DNA from: Flavobacteriaceae bacterium
Lineage (GTDB): Bacteria; Bacteroidota; Bacteroidia; Flavobacteriales; Flavobacteriaceae
Assembly (NCBI GenBank): GCA_017858055.1
Contig: JAFMCA010000007.1
Span: forward strand, 3,082-67,081
Direction: 5' to 3'
Length of the DNA: 64,000 nt
Of this stretch, positions 58,096 through 64,000 are shown in pieces. Both the position numbers and the translations under genes were made by a program. Under the pieces are notes generated by a model. The model saw nothing but the letters and a program-made list of their open reading frames with translations, did no database searches and was not told where the DNA came from. How positions within the stretch are numbered: the stretch's first letter is position 1; each line of letters begins with the position of its first letter.

Positions 58096-58722
58096 TCAGC
58101 TTTTTGTGATTGAGGCTTCAAAGGGGATTCGGGCTAATATTGACCTCCCTAAGGTAACTTCATCCGTAAATTCCAGATCATCACCCACTGGGATACCACG
58201 TGCTATTGTTGATGTTTTCACTCCGAAAGGAGCGAGTAATTTATAGATATAAAAGTTGGTGGTATCCGCTTCCATCGTTGCACTTAATGCAAAAATAATT
58301 TCGGATACGGTTTCTTTTTTTACTTTTTCCAAGAGGGATTGTATGGTTAAATCTTGGGGTCCTATCCCGTCCATAGGGGAAATGATTCCTCCAAGTACAT
58401 GATATATTCCGTTATACTGCCCAGTGTTTTCGATCGCCAGTACATCCCGAATATCCTCTACCACACACAGGAGGTCTTTATTCCTTTTCGGACTTGCACA
58501 GATCCCACAAAGCTTTGAATCAGAAAGGTTATGACACTGTTCGCAAAAAATCACTCCCTCCCTCAGGTCCGTTAGCGCTTTGCTTAACTGTTGGGTTTGC
58601 TCTTTGGGTTGTTTTAATAAATACAGTGCTAGACGCAATGCGGTTCGCTTACCGATACCTGGCAATTGGGAAATTTCCAGAACGGCATTTTCCAATAATT
58701 TTGACGAAAAATCCATTTCCAA
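58096..58722 (-). CDS. recR: Recombination protein RecR
   Basis: Has the HhH motif [13 protein letters not shown], the C4 zinc finger [16 protein letters not shown] and a Toprim domain (LCVVEDIRD). Confidence 0.95.
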   Translation of the reverse strand: MEMDFSSKLLENAVLEISQLPGIGKRTALRLALYLLKQPKEQTQQLSKALTDLREGVIFCEQCHNLSDSKLCGICASPKRNKDLLCVVEDIRDVLAIENTGQYNGIYHVLGGIISPMDGIGPQDLTIQSLLEKVKKETVSEIIFALSATMEADTTNFYIYKLLAPFGVKTSTIARGIPVGDDLEFTDEVTLGRSILARIPFEASITKS

Positions 58723-58776
58723 ATTTACAAAAATTGGTTGACTCTAGTTTTGTATATTTAGTCCAGATTCCGAATT

Positions 58777-60237
58777 ATGATTACTCCTCTTTTTATACTG
58801 AGTTTAATTATTGGCTACTTTATAATCCTAATTGGAATAGCTTATTTTACAGGTAAAGAGGATTCCAATGAAAACTTTTTTAACGCAAATAGAAATTCAG
58901 CTTGGTACCTCGTAGCCTTTGGTATGGTGGGAGCTTCGCTTTCGGGGGTAACTTTTATTTCCGTGCCGGGCTGGGTACAATCCTCTCAATTCACCTACTT
59001 TCAGGTGGTCATGGGATATTTGGTGGGCTATTTTATTGTTGCTTATGTGCTCCTACCAATTTACTACAAAAACAATGTTACCTCTATCTATGAATACTTA
59101 AACACTCGATTAGGAAAAAACAGTCATCGAGCTGGGGCATTTTTCTTTTTTGTTTCCCGCGTTCTCGGTGCTTCATTCCGATTGTTTTTAGTTGCTATCG
59201 TATTGCAACAATTTATATTTGATGCCTTGGGCGTGCCTTATGAGTTAACCGTCATTCTGTCAATTGTTTTGATTTGGGTTTACACCCAAAAAGGAGGGAT
59301 TAAAACCATCGTTTTTACAGACACCTTGCAAACGGGCTTGATGATCGCTGCTGTAGTTCTTTCAATAGTTTACATCAACCAGGCATTGGATTGGTCTTTT
59401 AGTGAATTTTTAGCCTCCTCCGATTTGCTGAACTACAACCAAGTATTTGTCACCGATTCGTTATTAAGCAGAAATCATTTCCTCAAGTCCTTTATTGGGG
59501 GTGCCTTTGTAACCATTTGTATGACCGGGCTGGATCAAGATATGATGCAAAAAAACCTAAGTTGTAGAAATCTCAAAGACGCTCAAAAAAATATGGTCGT
59601 TTTTAGTTTTGTATTAGTCCTTGTCACGGCTCTATTTATGCTGCTTGGTGCCTTGCTATTTATCTATGCTCAAAGGGAAGGTATCGGAATACCCCTCATG
59701 GACGGTGCTCCAAAAACAGACTTACTGTTTCCTGAAATTGCATTAAATGGAAATTTGGGGATTGCTGTAGGTGTTACCTTTATTTTAGGGCTTATCGCAG
59801 CGGCATACAGTAGCGCCGATAGTGCACTAACCTCGCTAACCACTTCCTTTTGTGTCGATTTTTTAAAGATCGAAGAAAGACCCCAGACCATGCAAAAACA
59901 AGTAAGAAAGCGCACACATGTCGGAATGAGCCTCCTCCTCATCTTAGTCGTGATTTCGTTTAAATACATCCTTGATCGAAATGTAATCGATGGTTTGTTG
60001 ACGGTTGCGGGGTATACCTATGGTCCACTTTTAGGCTTGTTTTCCTTCGGAATTTTCACTCCCTATCAGATTAAAGAAAAGTATCTATGGGCTGTCCTTT
60101 TAACCGTCCTGGGTTTGGTAGGAGTAGTCGGAACTTTAGATTCTTCCTTCCTAGGAGGTTATGAATTGGGTTACGAGCTTTTACCCTTGAATGGGGCACT
60201 CACTTTCCTAGGGTTGGTATTGATTCGTAGAAAGTAA
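58777..60237 (+). CDS. Sodium:solute symporter family transporter
   Basis: Has about 13 TM helices and SSS-like segments ([22 protein letters not shown]). Confidence 0.8.
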   Translation: MITPLFILSLIIGYFIILIGIAYFTGKEDSNENFFNANRNSAWYLVAFGMVGASLSGVTFISVPGWVQSSQFTYFQVVMGYLVGYFIVAYVLLPIYYKNNVTSIYEYLNTRLGKNSHRAGAFFFFVSRVLGASFRLFLVAIVLQQFIFDALGVPYELTVILSIVLIWVYTQKGGIKTIVFTDTLQTGLMIAAVVLSIVYINQALDWSFSEFLASSDLLNYNQVFVTDSLLSRNHFLKSFIGGAFVTICMTGLDQDMMQKNLSCRNLKDAQKNMVVFSFVLVLVTALFMLLGALLFIYAQREGIGIPLMDGAPKTDLLFPEIALNGNLGIAVGVTFILGLIAAAYSSADSALTSLTTSFCVDFLKIEERPQTMQKQVRKRTHVGMSLLLILVVISFKYILDRNVIDGLLTVAGYTYGPLLGLFSFGIFTPYQIKEKYLWAVLLTVLGLVGVVGTLDSSFLGGYELGYELLPLNGALTFLGLVLIRRK

Positions 60238-60579
60238 CACCAGAGTACAAGAATTTTCCCAAGCAATTCCAGCTTTTGTCAATTTTTCCGCAAACTCCCT
60301 ATTCTCTGTACCCGGATTAAAAATAACCCGTTGAGGATTGAGCTTAAGAATAAAATCGAGATATTCCTCCTGATGGACGGGACCAAGATAAAGAGTTACA
60401 GTATGAACTGGGGGAATTTTTGCAAATGGTTTTGTCATGGAAACCTTTCCAATAAAACCTTCCCCTCTTCCCATTGCAATGACTTCAAAATTCCGTTCTT
60501 GGAGCATTTGAACTGCTCTGTAGGCATAACGTTCGGGCTTCAAAGAAGCTCCTAAAACCAGGGTTTTAAAGTTTACCAT
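60208..60579 (-). CDS. CoA-binding domain protein
   Basis: The Rossmann-like N-terminus [22 protein letters not shown] and the short length are typical of YccU/CoA_binding_2 proteins. A 7-nt overlap joins it to the fabH stop. Confidence 0.75.
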   Translation of the reverse strand: MVNFKTLVLGASLKPERYAYRAVQMLQERNFEVIAMGRGEGFIGKVSMTKPFAKIPPVHTVTLYLGPVHQEEYLDFILKLNPQRVIFNPGTENREFAEKLTKAGIAWENSCTLVLLSTNQYQP

Positions 60580-61580
60580 TGGATCATTACACTTCCCCAG
60601 GTGAACCCACTTCCAAAAGCTGCCAAAACGACCTTCGTTCCAGCAACAATCTTACCTTCTTCCCAAGCCTCTGTCAAAGCAATTGGTATAGAAGCAGCCG
60701 TAGTATTCCCGTAACGCTCTATATTGTTGTACACCTGATTTTCCGACAGCCCAAATTTTTTCTGAACAAATTGCGCAATTCTAAGATTTGCTTGATGAGG
60801 GATCAACATCCCAATTTGATTTGAGGACCAACCTGTTTTTTCCAAACCTTCTTTAATTACTTCTGAAAAGCGCACAACTGCATTCTTAAAAACAAATTGA
60901 CCGTTCATGTAGGGATAATAGGACAGGTCCTCCGGATCGTTTGTTTCTATAATTTCAGGAACCCATCGCCCAGTACTTGGACCTATTAATGAAAGTTCCT
61001 CTGCATGTTTTCCTTCGGAATGTAAATGGGAAGACAATATTCCTTCTTCCAAATTTTCTGTTCGAGTCATGACTACTGCTCCTGCACCATCACCAAAAAT
61101 AACCGATACATTCCTTCCTCGAGTAGTCATATCTAAACCACCCGAGTGGTATTCTGAACCGATAACTAAAACATTTTTGTACATGCCTGTTTTGATAAAT
61201 TGATCTGCCGTAGCTACAGCATAGACAAATCCAGAACATTGCATACGGATGTCCATAGCTGGGCAGTCTGGAATTTCCAATGCTTCTTGAACCAAAACAC
61301 CAGATCCTGGAAAATAATAATCTGGACTTAGTGTGGCAAAAAGAATAAAATCTATATCCTGAGGTTTTAAACCTGCACGTTCGATGGCTATTCGGGCCGC
61401 CTTGACACCCATTACTGAAGTGCTGTTTCCATCCCCTTTGGTGATATGCCTCCGTTCTTTTATCCCTGTTCGCTCTTGAATCCAAGCGTCAGAGGTTTCC
61501 ATTATTTTTTCTAAATCAGCGTTGGTTACCACATTTTCAGGAAGGTATTTCCCTAAACCTATGATTTTTGAATTGAACAT
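60573..61580 (-). CDS. fabH: Beta-ketoacyl-ACP synthase III
   Basis: Has the N-terminal GLGKYLPENVVTNADLEKIMETSDAWIQERTGIKER, the active-site Cys in RMQCSGFVYA, PHQANLRI, GNTTAASIP and the tail GFTWGS. Confidence 0.9.
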   Translation of the reverse strand: MFNSKIIGLGKYLPENVVTNADLEKIMETSDAWIQERTGIKERRHITKGDGNSTSVMGVKAARIAIERAGLKPQDIDFILFATLSPDYYFPGSGVLVQEALEIPDCPAMDIRMQCSGFVYAVATADQFIKTGMYKNVLVIGSEYHSGGLDMTTRGRNVSVIFGDGAGAVVMTRTENLEEGILSSHLHSEGKHAEELSLIGPSTGRWVPEIIETNDPEDLSYYPYMNGQFVFKNAVVRFSEVIKEGLEKTGWSSNQIGMLIPHQANLRIAQFVQKKFGLSENQVYNNIERYGNTTAASIPIALTEAWEEGKIVAGTKVVLAAFGSGFTWGSVMIQW

Positions 61581-61634
61581 AATATTGGTTTAATACGATG
61601 AAAGTACGGTTTTCTAGGCAGGCTTAAAAACCTA

Positions 61635-62942
61635 TTAAAGGTATTTTTTATACTCCTCTGTTTGGATTTTAGCTCCTAAATCATGTAATAAATGATATAA
61701 TCCAAAGAAGGTACGGTTGATGTAAATGAAATGTTTAGAGCCTCGGTTCCCATTCATTCTTCGCAGCTGTTCATCTTCTGCAAATGTTTTGGAAAGGTCG
61801 GTGATTGCATCCCAAAAATCAGCATCTGAAAAATCAAAAGTTGTATCGTGAAAGGGTCGAGTAAACAAGCGCATCATTTTCTGAAATAAATCAGTGAAAA
61901 AATCTTGTTCTTGCTGGGTATCCTTTGGAAGTAAAATTTCCAATTCTCTGAGGAGTTGATCAAAAACGACCTTGTTTTCAATGTTGTCTTTTTTTGATAA
62001 CTCGAAATAAGGAACATAAAAATCTTGAGGGATACTTTTGATACAACCAAAATCTATGGCGATCAGTTGGTCGTCACTATCCACCAGAAAATTTCCAGGA
62101 TGCGGATCTGCTTGAACTTTTTTTAAACTGTGAATCTGAAACATATAAAAATCCCAAAGAGTTTGTCCCAATCGATCACAAGCTGCTTGATCGTTTGTTT
62201 TTGCTGTATATTCGGACAAGTGAATTCCCTCCATCCAATCCATGGCTAATGTTCGTGAAGTTGACCATGCTTCGTAATATTGAGGGAACTTTAAATTTGG
62301 TATTTTTTCAGCTGCTTTAGATAGGAATTGACTGTTTTTGAGTTCTTGTAAATAATCTGTTTCTTCTAAGAGCTTGTCCTCGACTTCTGTAAAATAGCGA
62401 TCGGTATCTTTCCCCTTCAAATTAAACATCTTTAGGGCAATTGGTTTTACAATTGCAAGATCAGAGCGAATGCTGCTGGACACTCCCGGGTATTGAATTT
62501 TTATAGCTAAGGCTTTTCCATCCTTTGTTGCACGATGAACTTGACCAATACTAGCCGCATTTTCGGAAGTGTAAGAAAAGGTATCAAAAAGCGTTTCGGG
62601 ATCTTGACCTAAATAGGTTCGAATCGTTTTTTTTACAAGAGCCCCAGACAAAGGAGGAACGGAGAATTGTGCCAAACCAAACTGTTCTACATAGGCCTGC
62701 GGAAGAAGATTTTTTTCCATACTCAACATTTGTGCAACTTTAAGTGCACTTCCTTTGAGTTCTTTTAAACCATCGTAAATATCCCTTGCATTGTTTTGAT
62801 CCAATTTGGATTTATCGCTTACCCCCGTGAGTAATTTCTCCCCATAGTAGCGAAGATAATTTCCACCTACCTTAGCTCCAGTAGTTACTAATTTGGTGGC
62901 GCGCTCAATTTTTTTGGTGGGAATGGAATCTAAGGTCTTCAA
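61635..62942 (-). CDS. ABC1/UbiB (AarF)-family atypical kinase
   Basis: Has the motifs ASIGQVHRA, ALAIKIQYPG, ADPHPGNFLV and IAIDFG. The only available start is a TTG immediately after the TAA of the upstream TetR-like gene (TAATTG). Confidence 0.85.
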   Translation of the reverse strand: MKTLDSIPTKKIERATKLVTTGAKVGGNYLRYYGEKLLTGVSDKSKLDQNNARDIYDGLKELKGSALKVAQMLSMEKNLLPQAYVEQFGLAQFSVPPLSGALVKKTIRTYLGQDPETLFDTFSYTSENAASIGQVHRATKDGKALAIKIQYPGVSSSIRSDLAIVKPIALKMFNLKGKDTDRYFTEVEDKLLEETDYLQELKNSQFLSKAAEKIPNLKFPQYYEAWSTSRTLAMDWMEGIHLSEYTAKTNDQAACDRLGQTLWDFYMFQIHSLKKVQADPHPGNFLVDSDDQLIAIDFGCIKSIPQDFYVPYFELSKKDNIENKVVFDQLLRELEILLPKDTQQEQDFFTDLFQKMMRLFTRPFHDTTFDFSDADFWDAITDLSKTFAEDEQLRRMNGNRGSKHFIYINRTFFGLYHLLHDLGAKIQTEEYKKYL

Positions 62943-63590
62943 TTAGGCCATATTAAATTTCTCCTTCCAAAGGAATTTACCGAAATCAATCACGCTGTCA
63001 AATGGAGTGTTGTCAAATATATCAAAAGCGGTTCGGACCGATTTTTCAATCGCCATGTCCGTTTTTTCAAAGTTTTCTGAGGTATCTTCCATCCAAAACT
63101 TTAAAAGAAAAACAAGCTGTAACCATGCTGCTTCCGAAAAGATTCCCTCTGGGTGCTGTGATAATTTTGACTGTTTTAAGGCATTGCCATCCTGTATCAA
63201 TACCGTTACAAATTTTTTGAATTCAGAACGAAATGATTTGAGAGTTGCCATTTTCTCCATCGGATTTTTACCGGAATGCAAAGCGAAAAGTACGTAAGTT
63301 CGATTCAACAACATGACTTCAAAAAATGTGTAGTAAAAGGAAAGCAATTTCTCTTGAGGCATTTTAGAGGCATAGCCCTTTTCTTTTTGAATAAGGTCTA
63401 TTGCATTTTTAAAAAACTGACAGAAAATTTCATTTGCCACATGTTCCAAAGAGGAAAAATGCTTGTAGAATTCAGATTCTTCAATTTCAATTTTTTTACA
63501 AAATCGATACACAGAAGTAGGGGCTTTTTCCTTCTCTAAACTAATTTTGGTGTAGGCTTCGTAAATTTTATCTCGCATCTTCACGTTCAT
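62943..63590 (-). CDS. TetR/AcrR-like transcriptional regulator (tentative)
   Basis: A 215-aa all-helical protein with an N-terminal HTH-like segment (PTSVYRFCKKIEIEESEFYKHFSSLE). The family assignment comes from recall of similar Flavobacteriia proteins, not from a strong motif. Confidence 0.55.
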   Translation of the reverse strand: MNVKMRDKIYEAYTKISLEKEKAPTSVYRFCKKIEIEESEFYKHFSSLEHVANEIFCQFFKNAIDLIQKEKGYASKMPQEKLLSFYYTFFEVMLLNRTYVLFALHSGKNPMEKMATLKSFRSEFKKFVTVLIQDGNALKQSKLSQHPEGIFSEAAWLQLVFLLKFWMEDTSENFEKTDMAIEKSVRTAFDIFDNTPFDSVIDFGKFLWKEKFNMA

Positions 63591-63745
63591 TTTTTGTTAT
63601 CTTCAAGAGTAGGTTCAAAGGTAGCTCGTTTATTCTTTTTATCAAATAGCTAAACAAAGATATTTCAAAAACTGAAGGTGTCATCTTGTCACCCTTTTAA
63701 GTATGGTATTTTTTTTGCCTTATCCTATAAAAAACCAACATAAAA

Positions 63746-64000
63746 ATGAGTACAGGAAAAATAAATGTAGCAGTGGAAAACATCTTTCCGCTGATCAAAA
63801 AATTCTTATACAGCGATCACGAAATATTTTTGAGAGAATTAATTTCAAATGCTACTGATGCCACAACAAAGCTGACTCACCTCAGTAGTTTAGGAGAAAT
63901 CAAAGGGGATTTAGGGGATTTAACCATCGAAGTTAAGGTGGATAAAAAAGCCAAAAAGGTACATATCATTGACAAAGGAATCGGGATGACCCAAGAGGAA
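63746..64000 (+). CDS. htpG: Molecular chaperone HtpG (Hsp90), N-terminal 85 codons; continues beyond window
   Basis: Hand translation from ATG 63746 gives MSTGKINVAVENIFPLIKKFLYSDHEIFLRELISNATDA...IIDKGIGMTQEE. This is the GHKL ATPase N-terminus of HtpG. Confidence 0.92.
   Translation, partial: MSTGKINVAVENIFPLIKKFLYSDHEIFLRELISNATDATTKLTHLSSLGEIKGDLGDLTIEVKVDKKAKKVHIIDKGIGMTQEE

Noticed and set aside
63591-63745. A sigma32-type or CIRCE heat-shock element upstream of htpG, shared with hsp20.
   Set aside because: I found no CTTGAAA/CCCCAT-like pair and no CIRCE inverted repeat. There is also no copy of the hsp20 palindrome.

Overview
This is a very gene-dense chromosomal segment. By my gene calls only about 2.1 kb of the 64 kb is intergenic, and the largest gap is 380 bp at 19241-19620. 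It reads as core genome of a Bacteroidota organism, probably Flavobacteriia-like. The evidence for that placement is a SusC/SusD pair, an rpmB-rpmG-DUF4295-ftsY arrangement, bshC, a LysM/PBP gene beside guaA, TTTG/TAnnTTTG-type promoter boxes and many lipoprotein signals. I call 52 protein-coding genes, two of them truncated by the window edges, plus three intrinsic terminators and a few promoter or operator candidates. I see no rRNA, tRNA, CRISPR array, transposase, integrase, prophage gene, or recognisable defence or toxin-antitoxin gene. No intergenic gap is large enough to hide one. Most of the window is housekeeping: ctaA, uvrB, sucC, lysA, mnmA, yidC, pyrG, guaA, bshC, rimO, ftsY, rpmB/rpmG, cinA, recR, fabH and htpG. 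The accessory-looking part is about 15-32 kb. It holds a tightly coupled minus-strand operon encoding an exported FGE-fold protein without the catalytic cysteines, a Tat-exported Gfo/Idh/MocA oxidoreductase, a Tat-exported xylose-isomerase-like TIM barrel and an FMN oxidoreductase. That operon is divergent from a SusC/SusD locus containing no glycoside hydrolase, lyase or regulator. Instead the SusC/SusD locus carries a 1100-aa FG-GAP/UnbV (CRTAC1-type) lipoprotein and small exported proteins, followed by an NHL-propeller lipoprotein coupled to an exported DUF255 thioredoxin-like protein. I consider this divergent pair the best candidate for an undescribed system, namely hydrolase-independent oxidative glycan or glycoside processing in the periplasm. 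That is inference from domain content and gene coupling only. Secondary candidates are a heptaheme c-type cytochrome lipoprotein behind pyrG-yidC and a cryptic RIO/Kdo-like kinase-fold protein. All family assignments come from motif recognition and recall, not from database searches. The window may equally be an ordinary core region with no novel system.
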